Below are positions 1-8,785 of a stretch of DNA of 32,000 nt, piece by piece. The position numbers and the translations under genes are program-made. Under the pieces are notes generated by a model, which saw nothing but the letters and a program-made list of their open reading frames with translations, made no database searches and had not been told where the DNA came from. Numbering within the stretch: position 1 is the stretch's first letter; the number at the start of each line of letters is the position of its first letter. This stretch comes from Prochlorococcus phage MED4-184: sequence record JF974286.1. One strand, written 5' to 3'.

Positions 1-555
1 GTTGGTAGTTTTGTTGTTGTTGATTTTACTTCGGGTACTGGTGTTGATGAAAATTATCAAATAATCTCAAAAACTACTGATACTTTTACTCTTACTTCTG
101 CAACATCTCTGAATACAAGTGGAAATTGTACTTATGGAGCAGAATTTAGTGATTTCAACATTTTTACAAATGGTGTATTAAGAGGCAGAGGGTTTAAATT
201 TAAAGTTGAAATGTCTTCTAATGACAAAGCACAAACAATTCTTCTAAAAGAACTTGGTTATACTGCTACACTTAACAGAAGAGTTGAAACTGTAAATTCT
301 CTAATTGCCTCTGGTACTTCAACCAAAGCAGTAGTTTTTCAAGATAAGTTTTTTACGGGCTTCAGCGGTACAAGTGTAGCTGCTGGTGCAGCTTTACCTA
401 CTATTGGAATAGTAATAGAAAACGCACAGTCAGGTGATTTCTTTTCTTTGTCTTCTATTAGTTCAACTGGATTTTCAATAGATATAAAAAATGGATCTAG
501 TTTTGTTGATAGGAATTTTAAATATACTGCTGTTGGTTTTGGTCGTGGCTCTTAA
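1..555 (+). CDS. C-terminal part of a tail or host-recognition structural protein (partial, open at the left edge)
   Basis: Frame 1 is open from base 1 (VGSFVVVDFTSGTGVDENYQ...) through the listed 211..555 ORF to TAA 553-555; the Met at 211 is probably internal. Directly upstream of a tail-fibre-like gene. Confidence 0.6.
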   Translation, partial: VGSFVVVDFTSGTGVDENYQIISKTTDTFTLTSATSLNTSGNCTYGAEFSDFNIFTNGVLRGRGFKFKVEMSSNDKAQTILLKELGYTATLNRRVETVNSLIASGTSTKAVVFQDKFFTGFSGTSVAAGAALPTIGIVIENAQSGDFFSLSSISSTGFSIDIKNGSSFVDRNFKYTAVGFGRGS

Positions 556-588
556 ATTATGATAACCTTAAGAAAAAGTAGTTAGAAA

Positions 589-2334
589 ATGGCAACGCAT
601 GATTACGTTTTAGATAATGCCACAGGTGCTAATTTTCGTGCAGATATAAATTTAGCCCTTGCAGCTATCGTAAGTAATAACTCATCAGCAACTGAACCAA
701 GTACAAAATATGCTTATCAATGGTGGGCGGATACTAATGATGGTGTTTTAAAAATAAGAAATAGTGCAAATGATGGCTGGGTTACTTTATTACAACTTGA
801 TGGAACTTTAACCCTTGAAGATGGCTCAAACTCCGCACCCGCACTAGGATTTCGGGACGATTTAAATACTGGTATTTTTTCAAGTGCTGCTGACACTTTA
901 GACGTTACTTGTGGAGGAACAACAAGAGGTAGTTTTAGTGCTTCTGGTTTGGCAGTTACAGGAAGTGTTACTGCTACAACCTTTGTTGGAAATGTAGATG
1001 CTGTCGATGGAGACTTTGATGGAACTCTTGAAGCTGATGCTATAACTGTTGCTGGAACGGCTTTATCAACTGTTATTGCGGGAACTACTCTTACACAAGC
1101 AGCACAAACAAATATTACTTCTCTAGGTACTCTTACAGGATTGACTGTTGGTGGGGATGTAACTTTTGATGGTGCTACTACTGGCAGAGATATTGTTTTT
1201 GACAGATCAGATAACGCATTAGAGTTTGCTGATAATGCTAAAGCTAAATTTGGTTCTTCTGAAGAGCTTGAAATTTATTATGATGGAACGAATCCTATCT
1301 TTTACGCTGGCACAAAAACTGTAAGAGTAGTTGCTGACAATATACATTTTGAGGCTGGAGATTTTGGAGATGAATTTATTAGATGTAATCATGATGCATC
1401 AGTTGATCTCTATTATGACAACAGTAAAAAATTTGAGACAACCAGTTCTGGAATAAATGTTACTGGACAAGCTGATGTTGATAGTATTAATTGTACTGGT
1501 GAGTTAGATTTAACTGGACACCTTGATTTAAACTCTGACAGCTCCAGAATTAAACTCGGAGCTGGGGATGATTTTCAGCTATATCACGATGGTAGTAATA
1601 ACTACATTTTTACTAACAATGGCGATATAATTGTGCAGACTGATGGTGATGACATTCAGTTATTAGCTAGTGATGACGTGATAATAAAAGTTCAAGGAGG
1701 TCTTGAAACTGCAATCAATTGTATTGGTGACGGTGCAGTAGAGCTATATCATAACAACAGTAAAAAATTAGAAACCAACAGTTCTGGCGTGAATGTTATT
1801 GGGAGCTTAACCGTTGATGGTTCAGCTATAAGTGGTGGTGGTGGAAAAATTTTACAAGTAGTTCAACAAACTAAAACTGACACTGCCACTCATTCTGTAA
1901 ATATAAATCAAGGTGCAGCAAATTTTTCTTTAATTATGAGCAAATCAATTACACCCGCAAATTCATCAAACAAAATTCTTGTTCAATTCAGTATTTCAGG
2001 TAACGTAGAAGCTAACGGTACGCACGTTGATTTTGTGTTAAGAAAAACAGTAGGAAGCACAGTCACACACCCAATTTTAGGAGACAGTGCAAGCGGATAT
2101 ACCTCAATTACAACTGGTTTCAGAAGTGGAGGAGGAAATCAACATAATGTCGGACAATGTATTTATCAGTTTTTAGATGATGCTGGAACAACATCTGCTA
2201 TAACTTATGGTGTCGCAGTCGCTACAGAGGGGGCAACAACTTATAGGGTTAATGCAAGTGGTGGTGATTTAAGTAGCCAATCTTGGTCATCAAGACAGGC
2301 CAGTACTATAGTATTAATGGAGGTTTCAGCATGA
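589..2334 (+). CDS. Tail fibre-like structural protein
   Basis: 581 aa; repeated motifs such as 'DLYYDNSKKFETTSSGINVTG' and 'ELYHNNSKKLETNSSGVNVIG', Gly/Asp-rich beta-type repeats, tail-module context. Confidence 0.8.
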   Translation: MATHDYVLDNATGANFRADINLALAAIVSNNSSATEPSTKYAYQWWADTNDGVLKIRNSANDGWVTLLQLDGTLTLEDGSNSAPALGFRDDLNTGIFSSAADTLDVTCGGTTRGSFSASGLAVTGSVTATTFVGNVDAVDGDFDGTLEADAITVAGTALSTVIAGTTLTQAAQTNITSLGTLTGLTVGGDVTFDGATTGRDIVFDRSDNALEFADNAKAKFGSSEELEIYYDGTNPIFYAGTKTVRVVADNIHFEAGDFGDEFIRCNHDASVDLYYDNSKKFETTSSGINVTGQADVDSINCTGELDLTGHLDLNSDSSRIKLGAGDDFQLYHDGSNNYIFTNNGDIIVQTDGDDIQLLASDDVIIKVQGGLETAINCIGDGAVELYHNNSKKLETNSSGVNVIGSLTVDGSAISGGGGKILQVVQQTKTDTATHSVNINQGAANFSLIMSKSITPANSSNKILVQFSISGNVEANGTHVDFVLRKTVGSTVTHPILGDSASGYTSITTGFRSGGGNQHNVGQCIYQFLDDAGTTSAITYGVAVATEGATTYRVNASGGDLSSQSWSSRQASTIVLMEVSA

Positions 2335-2663
2335 CTTTAGACCATGATGCAATAAAAAAAGCATATCCTAACGCCACAAAAATTGATGATGGCGAAGGTG
2401 TTTTTGATATTACAGGTAAGGAAATCGTAATTGATAATAGTCTTGTCACTGCTGCAAGAACAACTTTAGATAATGAAGCCTCTGCAATTCTTTACCAACG
2501 TCAAAGAACAGGGATTGATGGGACAACAGACACAATTTATCCTGATCTCGGTGAACAATTTGATTTACTATTTAAAGACATCGCTGCGGGTACTTTGACA
2601 ACCTCTGGAAATCTATACACAGCCCTAAAAGCCGTAAAAGACAAATATCCAAAACCAAGTTAA
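2331..2663 (+). CDS. Conserved-looking phage hypothetical protein
   Basis: MTLDHDAIKKAYPNATKIDDGEGVFD...; the ATG at 2331 overlaps the TGA of the fibre gene (ATGA), so the listed 2283 start is probably too early. Confidence 0.7.
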   Translation: MTLDHDAIKKAYPNATKIDDGEGVFDITGKEIVIDNSLVTAARTTLDNEASAILYQRQRTGIDGTTDTIYPDLGEQFDLLFKDIAAGTLTTSGNLYTALKAVKDKYPKPS

Positions 2664-2686
2664 AATTTAAATAAATTATTTTTCTT

Positions 2687-3022
2687 ATGGCAATTTCTTA
2701 TACATGGGAAATCAATGGCACACAATGTAAAAGGGATGTTTCCGATGGTTACTTCACAAATGTTGTTTATCGCGTCAAAGGCATGGACGATACAGAAGAA
2801 AAGGCAAGACGAACAGGCGAAATTGTTTTTACAAAACCTGAATCGTTACCCTCTGATTTTATAGCTTTTGATGCAAGTAAACCTACACCCACTGAGGCAA
2901 CTATGCTTACATGGGTTAAAGATACACTTGGCTCTACAGAAGTAGCAGCTATTGAAGCATCTTTAAAAGCAGAAATTGACTTAATTAACACACCAGTACA
3001 AGCAATAGGAGTTGCATTTTAA
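2687..3022 (+). CDS. Phage hypothetical protein (111 aa)
   Basis: Intact ORF, compact co-directional spacing. Confidence 0.6.
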   Translation: MAISYTWEINGTQCKRDVSDGYFTNVVYRVKGMDDTEEKARRTGEIVFTKPESLPSDFIAFDASKPTPTEATMLTWVKDTLGSTEVAAIEASLKAEIDLINTPVQAIGVAF

Positions 3023-3024
3023 TT

Positions 3025-3204
3025 ATGGCTAAAACTAACGAAGAACTAGAACAAGAAATGCAGTTAATGGTTAAAAACATTGACCAAGCAAAAAAAATTC
3101 AACAACAATGTACAACCCGACTTATACAGATTCAAGCAATTCTACAAGACAGAGCTAGTCAAGCAGACGTAGAAAAAACAGAAGTTGTAGAAACTGCTGG
3201 TTAA
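3025..3204 (+). CDS. Small coiled-coil-like hypothetical protein (59 aa), not in ORF track
   Basis: Manual translation: MAKTNEELEQEMQLMVKNIDQAKKIQQQCTTRLIQIQAILQDRASQADVEKTEVVETAG*; starts 3 bp after the upstream stop. Confidence 0.6.
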   Translation: MAKTNEELEQEMQLMVKNIDQAKKIQQQCTTRLIQIQAILQDRASQADVEKTEVVETAG

Positions 3205-3332
3205 TTTACCTTTTCTTGCATTTGTTTTGTAAGAACAGACATTGTTACATAAAGTGGTGCTAATGCACAGATTGCACAGAAAGTTATAATAGTTACAGGC
3301 ATCAAAGCCTTTAAAAATGCTTCTTTTATCAT
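3201..3332 (-). CDS. Small single-pass membrane protein (43 aa), not in ORF track
   Basis: Manual translation: MIKEAFLKALMPVTIITFCAICALAPLYVTMSVLTKQMQEKVN*; one hydrophobic helix with a charged tail. Confidence 0.5.
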   Translation of the reverse strand: MIKEAFLKALMPVTIITFCAICALAPLYVTMSVLTKQMQEKVN

Positions 3333-3567
3333 GTTTCAAAAAATAGCGAATGTCTTAAGTATTGTTTCATTCATTATGGTAGCTTCAATGAGTGGCACAG
3401 CATACTATGCTTACAGATTTGTTACTTCAGAGCAATTCAAAGCTAGGGTTATGAATGAGGTTTTAGATAATGTACAGGGAATGATGCCAAAAGTTTTAGA
3501 CAATGCAGTGCCAGATATGACAAGCGGTACTATCCCAGAGTTTATACCACCATCACCAACCAGATAA
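3331..3567 (+). CDS. Small membrane-anchored protein
   Basis: MFQKIANVLSIVSFIMVASMSGTAYYAYRFV...: N-terminal transmembrane segment then a polar tail. Confidence 0.65.
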   Translation: MFQKIANVLSIVSFIMVASMSGTAYYAYRFVTSEQFKARVMNEVLDNVQGMMPKVLDNAVPDMTSGTIPEFIPPSPTR

Positions 3568-4215
3568 ATGGAGATACCAGAAATAGGTATCAGACAAGTC
3601 AATATTCCAGAGGTTTACATTCCTGAGACATATCAGCCGAATCCTAATTTACCAGTAATAACAAATCTTGAAATAAATACTGCTGGCTGTACTTATCAGC
3701 ACAGAGATATAAAAAATACTGGCAATACACAACTTTTATTAGATGACCCTAATGGGGTATTTACTGATTGCGATTCTGTTTTTCCTAGTTTTTTTCCTAT
3801 GGACTACAGACCAGATCAGTTAGTAATTACTGAAGATTTGCCAATATCCAACGATACACCACCGATGCCAGAAACTGACTTACCAGAAACTAAAACACCA
3901 GAAAATAAAAAAGAAGAACTAGTAATCCCAGAATGTCCTAGTAGGAAAGATCAGAAAATCGGAGATTACAGAAACTCAAGACGTATTGAAAAGGTGATTG
4001 GTCACAAGTTATCATCAGACAAAACTGAATGCATTACTCTTTATGAGGACGTACCATTTAGAGAAACATTTATTGGTACGCCTGAAGTACTTATTTCTAC
4101 TGCTGCTATTGGTCTGGTTGCTGGTGGGTCTGCGGCTCTTGTCCCTGTAATACAAGGAATTGCTAAAAGTGGTATAAAACAAATAAGTAAAAAATTGACT
4201 AAGAAAAAAGATTAG
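3568..4215 (+). CDS. Hypothetical protein with Pro-rich N-terminal half and hydrophobic C-terminal segment
   Basis: 215 aa; 'VNIPEVYIPETYQPNPNLPVITNLEINTAGC', C-terminal 'VLISTAAIGLVAGGSAALVPVIQGIAKSG' then a basic tail; ATG immediately after the previous stop. Confidence 0.65.
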   Translation: MEIPEIGIRQVNIPEVYIPETYQPNPNLPVITNLEINTAGCTYQHRDIKNTGNTQLLLDDPNGVFTDCDSVFPSFFPMDYRPDQLVITEDLPISNDTPPMPETDLPETKTPENKKEELVIPECPSRKDQKIGDYRNSRRIEKVIGHKLSSDKTECITLYEDVPFRETFIGTPEVLISTAAIGLVAGGSAALVPVIQGIAKSGIKQISKKLTKKKD

Positions 4216-4343
4216 GTAGAATTAAAGTCCCTAAAGCAGCAATAGACTGACCCGTTGAGTTGCATTAGGGTGTCATTTTCAAAGGTACAAACATATAGCT
4301 AGGTTATTACAAGGCCATCACAGGGCAATCTGGGGGGAGTAAA

Positions 4344-4931
4344 TCAGTCATTTAACTTGATTTTATGGGTATGTGGCAAAACTTGGTTAGGTTGGGCTAT
4401 TAATTTAATGCCATCGCAGTTTACTTGGTATTTGTTAACAAACACTACTCCTAAACGCGCTTGCTCTCCACAAATCTTAAGTCTATACAATTCCATTTCC
4501 ATTTTCGTTTTGGATATTAATAATTCTTGAGCTTCAATATTTACTCTGGCAGCTTTTTGGCATAGCTCACCTCCTCTGCCTAAAGGAATATTAAATTGCA
4601 TAGAAATACCATAATTTAAGTTGTAATTGTCTTTTTCAAATCTTGGTGTTTCTTGTACATATTTTATAGCGCCTGTGTCCTCGTCATAAATATTTTGCTT
4701 AGTAACTGTTTCGATAGGGCGGTTAAATGACCAAGCATCTGTTAAATATGGTGTGATAGTCAAGCTAGGCGAGGTGCAAACAATACCTTGTGAATATCTA
4801 TTTTGTGGTAAAGAAGATGGAGTTATCATAGTTGCATTATTATTGACGACACCTTGAGCGTTACTGCTAGGACTAGCTACTGTTGTATTTGCTAAAACTT
4901 TTACAGGACTAAGAAAAAAATTATTGTCCAA
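4344..4931 (-). CDS. Hypothetical protein, possibly secreted or virion associated
   Basis: 195 aa, MDNNFFLSPVKVLANTTVASPSSNAQGVVNNNATMITPSSLPQNRYSQG...; overlaps the next gene. Confidence 0.6.
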   Translation of the reverse strand: MDNNFFLSPVKVLANTTVASPSSNAQGVVNNNATMITPSSLPQNRYSQGIVCTSPSLTITPYLTDAWSFNRPIETVTKQNIYDEDTGAIKYVQETPRFEKDNYNLNYGISMQFNIPLGRGGELCQKAARVNIEAQELLISKTKMEMELYRLKICGEQARLGVVFVNKYQVNCDGIKLIAQPNQVLPHTHKIKLND

Positions 4932-5406
4932 AGACAGAGGTGGTTTCTGTGGTTGTGGTAGTTGTTATTGTTCTGTTTATTGTGGTCACGTTTGAAAGGC
5001 CAGCCCCTTGAAGCGACTCGACTAAAGAGAAGTTTTGTCCAGCGTTGACTATTTTCCATCTAGGCACATCTTCAAGCGTTGGACTTGTCCAGCTGAACTG
5101 AACACCATTAAGAGTTTGAGTTGTTCCAGAAGTCGTTGCAGGGTTAATGTAACCATTAAGGTCTGCAGATTCAATATTATGTCCAGACGCGGAATACGAA
5201 AAACCAGAATTATACTGGTGGCTGGTAATAGTTTCATTAATAACACTTTGCGAGGTTGAACTCATCGTGGAACTACCACTTCTAAACTGTGGCACCACTG
5301 GGGTAGCAAGAGTTCTTACAGGTAATACTAATAAAACTAGCAGCCAAAGTCTAGTCAATTTCGATTTGAACAGTAGTGGAGGCAATACAACTTGTTCCAG
5401 AGCCAC
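4921..5406 (-). CDS. Ser/Thr-rich exported protein
   Basis: 161 aa; signal-like 'KSKLTRLWLLVLLVLPVRTLATP', then Ser/Thr/Asn-rich sequence including TITTTTTTETTS. Confidence 0.6.
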   Translation of the reverse strand: MALEQVVLPPLLFKSKLTRLWLLVLLVLPVRTLATPVVPQFRSGSSTMSSTSQSVINETITSHQYNSGFSYSASGHNIESADLNGYINPATTSGTTQTLNGVQFSWTSPTLEDVPRWKIVNAGQNFSLVESLQGAGLSNVTTINRTITTTTTTETTSVFGQ

Positions 5407-5869
5407 CAGCTGTGCAAGTATGGATTCCTGAAGATAATGAAGTAAGAGCTAGATTTCCAGCAGTTCCACCAGAAATTACTGTTGTTTGTCCCCCTAATAC
5501 TGGAAGAGTTGCTATACCGCTACTTGGAGTTATTGCTGATTGTGTTACATCCCCAGCTTGATAACTCTCCGAAAGAGAGAACGCAGATCCAGCTGTTGTT
5601 ACTGTCTTATTTGTATTTACTAAAGCTGGTACACCATTACTCAAACTTCCTAAGTTCAAACCTCCAATCGCATTTGTAACAACGCTATCTCCAGTTCCTG
5701 TAGATGTCGTTACATTATTCCCACTTATGCTGTAAGTGCTAGGAGCTGCATTTGTTATAACGTATGGAGAGTCTATTGATATTTGTGCAGAAGTTACATA
5801 CTTTGCGGTAATATCTGCAAAAGCACTAGACGGAGAAAGAAAAAGTATGAAAGGCAGTAGTTTTTTCAT
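5351..5869 (-). CDS. Exported Ser/Thr/Gly-rich protein
   Basis: 172 aa; clear signal peptide MKKLLPFILFLSPSSAFA then DITAKYVTSAQISIDSPYV... Confidence 0.65.
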   Translation of the reverse strand: MKKLLPFILFLSPSSAFADITAKYVTSAQISIDSPYVITNAAPSTYSISGNNVTTSTGTGDSVVTNAIGGLNLGSLSNGVPALVNTNKTVTTAGSAFSLSESYQAGDVTQSAITPSSGIATLPVLGGQTTVISGGTAGNLALTSLSSGIHTCTAGGSGTSCIASTTVQIEID

Positions 5870-6105
5870 TTGATGCCAACTTTAGAGTTCTTATTATCTA
5901 CTATAGTATCTTTTTTCTTTTTTATTTGAAATCCTAGTGAGGCAGTAGATGCACTAAAGATTGAAGCGATGAACGTGGGGTCAAAATCTACTATCTTTTT
6001 TCCACTAGGCGGTTCGTAGTATGAAAGGCTTAATAGCGTTGCCGACCAAAGAAGTACACAAACTTTAACAATGGTTTCAACTTTGCTTGGTTCCTGATCG
6101 TCCAT
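5866..6105 (-). CDS. Small membrane protein, holin-like by size and topology
   Basis: 79 aa; two hydrophobic stretches (VKVCVLLWSATLLSLSYY, FIASIFSASTASLGFQI) and a KKKKD segment; ATGA-type coupling to the downstream secreted gene. Confidence 0.45.
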   Translation of the reverse strand: MDDQEPSKVETIVKVCVLLWSATLLSLSYYEPPSGKKIVDFDPTFIASIFSASTASLGFQIKKKKDTIVDNKNSKVGIK

Positions 6106-6170
6106 AAAGGTTAAGATTCTTGTCTTATACTAGCAAGTTAGCTATGTTTGGAAAGTAACACAAGATTATT

Positions 6171-6335
6171 ATGCTCAGAATCCTAAAACCTATTCTTATG
6201 ACATTCTGTAAAACGAATGCAGTAAAAAAATTAATTCTTGATCTTTTAAAGGCATTAGCAAAGACCACAGATAATACAATAGATGACCAGATTGTAGATT
6301 ATGTATCAGTGCATCTATGGCCAGAGGTCAAGTGA
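6171..6335 (+). CDS. Small hypothetical protein (54 aa), not in ORF track
   Basis: Manual translation: MLRILKPILMTFCKTNAVKKLILDLLKALAKTTDNTIDDQIVDYVSVHLWPEVK*; amphipathic and helical looking. Confidence 0.6.
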   Translation: MLRILKPILMTFCKTNAVKKLILDLLKALAKTTDNTIDDQIVDYVSVHLWPEVK

Positions 6336-6610
6336 AAAATATTATAAATATTCTTACAAAAAGACCAAGTTTAGAGTCTGAGTTTGCTGTAGAAACTTCT
6401 ATTGCAAATCTTTATAAATTTGAAGATATAGACGAACTAAGAGAAATAGCTATTCAGCTGGCGCGAGCAAATCATAAACAATCACAGTTTATAGCTAATG
6501 CATTAGAAATAATGTGCAATCAGCAAGACAACATTATTTATCTTGAGAGAAAAATAAAAAAAGCGCCTCTAATGAAACGCTTAAAATATATTTTGTTTGG
6601 TAAAGATTAA
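6317..6610 (+). CDS. Hypothetical helical protein (97 aa)
   Basis: Intact ORF overlapping the 3' end of 6171..6335. Confidence 0.6.
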   Translation: MARGQVKNIINILTKRPSLESEFAVETSIANLYKFEDIDELREIAIQLARANHKQSQFIANALEIMCNQQDNIIYLERKIKKAPLMKRLKYILFGKD

Positions 6611-6771
6611 ATTTCTTTACTAATGTCGAACCAATAATAAACCTCCTTGGAACAGTTAATCATTTGTTCTAAGATGTCTCTACGTTGATACTCAAAAGTT
6701 CTATCAGTATCGGCATCATAAAATATTTGACCCTCGTAAGGGTCACTAGGGAATCTAGAAGGGTAGGTCAT
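6607..6771 (-). CDS. Small hypothetical protein (54 aa), not in ORF track
   Basis: Manual translation begins MTYPSRFPSDPYEGQIFYDADTDRTFEYQRRDILEQMINC; overlaps the neighbour at 6755. Confidence 0.6.
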   Translation of the reverse strand: MTYPSRFPSDPYEGQIFYDADTDRTFEYQRRDILEQMINCSKEVYYWFDISKEI

Positions 6772-7075
6772 CAACGCTTACAGTTTCTTCTTCTTTTGGT
6801 GGTAATGGGGCTAGTTTGCCACTATTTCCCCACATACCGCCCCAAAGGGTAAATCCAGCCTCTTCATGGTACTCTTTCTTGTCTGTATAGACTCTGATTG
6901 TTGTACCTTCTTTTTCTGCTTTGTCATGCATTTTCATAAAAAACTCGGCAGCTTTTAATGCATTTTCAATAGTAAAATCAAAAATTACATTTTTTTCTGG
7001 AGCGTAATCATTGACAGGGTTGGGGTTGTCAAGGATTCTGAATTTAGCAGTAAATGCTGGTTGTACTTTAGCCAT
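6755..7075 (-). CDS. Phage hypothetical protein (106 aa) in the recombination operon
   Basis: MAKVQPAFTAKFRILDNPNPVNDYAPEKNVIFDFTIENALKAAEFF...; acidic C-terminus VSVDDLPF; operonic. Confidence 0.65.
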   Translation of the reverse strand: MAKVQPAFTAKFRILDNPNPVNDYAPEKNVIFDFTIENALKAAEFFMKMHDKAEKEGTTIRVYTDKKEYHEEAGFTLWGGMWGNSGKLAPLPPKEEETVSVDDLPF

Positions 7076-7077
7076 AG

Positions 7078-7302
7078 TTAGAAAGGGTTCTTAGGTGTAA
7101 TGTTGTTTTGTTTTTCCCATTCAAGGATCACTTTTATGTCGTAGCGAACCTTAGCGGAACCCGATGATACCGCATATTTGGGAAGTGTATAGTAGTCGGG
7201 TCCACGATCTTTACGTCTCCAATCAGCAATAGTTGCTGGACTTAATCCATATCTTTCAGCTAACTGGTCAGATGTTAAAAATTGCTGTTCGATTTGGTTC
7301 AT
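7078..7302 (-). CDS. Small helix-turn-helix protein (AlpA/excisionase-like)
   Basis: 'FLTSDQLAERYGLSPATIADWRRKDRGPDYYTLPKYAVSSGSAKVRYDIKVILEW' is a typical HTH_17/AlpA pattern. Confidence 0.7.
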   Translation of the reverse strand: MNQIEQQFLTSDQLAERYGLSPATIADWRRKDRGPDYYTLPKYAVSSGSAKVRYDIKVILEWEKQNNITPKNPF

Positions 7303-7922
7303 GGTGTTAATGCTTTCCTCCTAGCTTTGATTAGGTCAATAAGTTTATTATATTGGTCTTGGCTTATTTTCCCCTCATCTAGCCTTGATACTAGAGTATT
7401 GAAGTGTTGGTCTAATTGTTCATCAGTAGTTGATTTCACAATAGCGTCACGCGCCAAAACTGCTATGTTCTGTTTGGGTTGAACATTAGCTTGTCTTTTA
7501 GATGGGGTAACAGGCTCTGAAGCTTTTACAATTTCATTACCTGTCCATAATTCACTGCCTAGATTAAATTCTTTAGCCGCACAAAAACAAAAGCCGCGTC
7601 TATGTGAGTCGGTAATGTCTCTAGCTGAAATCCTATCTAGTTTCATTGGGTCGTTTCTATTGTCCATGATTGAGTATGGATAAACAGCACCTTTCTTACC
7701 CTCTGGATTTGTGAAGTAGCCCATAAGATAACCTGTGCCATCGGGTGCAGCCCAAACTACACCAGTTGTTTCATAAGTTGGTGGCATTTCTAAATGAAAC
7801 TCCCAACCCGCGGCTAGTTCATTAAGATATTCAGATGTTCTAGCCCATGACACATAACTGTATTTACCTTTTTTGTAAATATCTTGTGGTTGTATAGTGC
7901 CTTTTAAATTAGGTTTCTTCAT
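7299..7922 (-). CDS. Candidate single-strand annealing recombinase (DUF1071/Sak3-like)
   Basis: 'YSYVSWARTSEYLNELAAGWEFHLEMPPTYETTGVVWAAPDGTGYLMGYFTNPEGKKGAVYPYSIMDNRN' resembles the phage SSAP pattern, and an exonuclease sits in the same operon. Confidence 0.55.
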   Translation of the reverse strand: MKKPNLKGTIQPQDIYKKGKYSYVSWARTSEYLNELAAGWEFHLEMPPTYETTGVVWAAPDGTGYLMGYFTNPEGKKGAVYPYSIMDNRNDPMKLDRISARDITDSHRRGFCFCAAKEFNLGSELWTGNEIVKASEPVTPSKRQANVQPKQNIAVLARDAIVKSTTDEQLDQHFNTLVSRLDEGKISQDQYNKLIDLIKARRKALTP

Positions 7923-8785
7923 TGTGCTTTAATAACCTCCAAGATTGATGTTTCTTTTTGTGCTGGTTTTTCTACCTTGTACATATTTGTATCGGGTCTT
8001 GGTGCAATAAACCTGATAGTAGGAATGTTTTGAACGTGCTTGTTAAAACAAACTATGAAGGCATTAAGGATAAACCTCTGAGAAAACCACCCGCGCTTGC
8101 GATACTCAACATTAGTAATTTGATTTCTAAAAGAAAGTACAGCGCTATCTGGCTGTAAATTTGCACCTAGCGTTACAGCGTCCCAAAATTCCCACATCTG
8201 CAAATCAGACCAGCCAGCATCTAAACAAATCATTGTGAAAGTTAGGCCAACACTTATAGGGAAACATTTGTAATTTTTATGCTTTTTAGCAATTACAGCG
8301 TAGAGAGCCTCTATGACTTCTTTTTTTTCTTCGTAGATTTTTACAATCTGTGCTGAAGATGGTGTAACAGTGCTAGACCATGCACGTTTAGGCCAGTGGT
8401 TGTATAAGTGATAGCATTTGATAGCAGCCGCAATGTATTTTCCATGACTACTGCCGAGAATGTCTATGCCATCGCCAGCAGTTCTAGCAGCGCCAGTATC
8501 AACACAATCGAATATACGAGGGTCCATTTTAGAACAAACTAAAATAGGAAGTGTTTTACCAGTTTGCACAATGGCTGCCAGCCTATGCTGACCATCAATT
8601 AAGTTGCCTTGCTCATCAAAAGCTAATCCATTATTGGTGATTTTCCATTCACCATTCTCAATAGCTGTTACTAATTTTTTTAAGTTATTAGCTTTGAGGT
8701 TTCTATTATTCCTATTCTTTGAAATAAGAATGTTTTTGGCTTTTTCTGGTGTCATTTGCATGACTTTAAATTCTGGTTTAGTCAT
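7919..8785 (-). CDS. ParB/sulfiredoxin-fold-like protein with a DGQHRLAA motif
   Basis: Contains 'NGLAFDEQGNLIDGQHRLAAIVQTGKTLPILVC'. The start is better placed at 8785 (MTKPEFKVMQM) because it overlaps the exonuclease stop; the listed 43 aa extension overlaps exonuclease coding. Confidence 0.6.
   Translation of the reverse strand: MTKPEFKVMQMTPEKAKNILISKNRNNRNLKANNLKKLVTAIENGEWKITNNGLAFDEQGNLIDGQHRLAAIVQTGKTLPILVCSKMDPRIFDCVDTGAARTAGDGIDILGSSHGKYIAAAIKCYHLYNHWPKRAWSSTVTPSSAQIVKIYEEKKEVIEALYAVIAKKHKNYKCFPISVGLTFTMICLDAGWSDLQMWEFWDAVTLGANLQPDSAVLSFRNQITNVEYRKRGWFSQRFILNAFIVCFNKHVQNIPTIRFIAPRPDTNMYKVEKPAQKETSILEVIKAQ

Noticed and set aside
3142-3339. 65 aa minus ORF in the supplied track
   Set aside because: Cys/Phe/Asn-rich, out-of-frame appearance; the overlapping 43 aa minus frame 3201-3332 is more plausible.
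4216-4343. Possible small minus-strand gene ending ...GQSIAALGTLILPNLFS*
   Set aside because: Only about 20 codons are open and there is an in-frame stop just upstream with no start codon, so coding is not supported.
5035-5679. Plus-strand ORFs 5035..5259, 5376..5561 and 5482..5679 opposite secreted genes
   Set aside because: Antisense shadows of longer minus genes with signal peptides.
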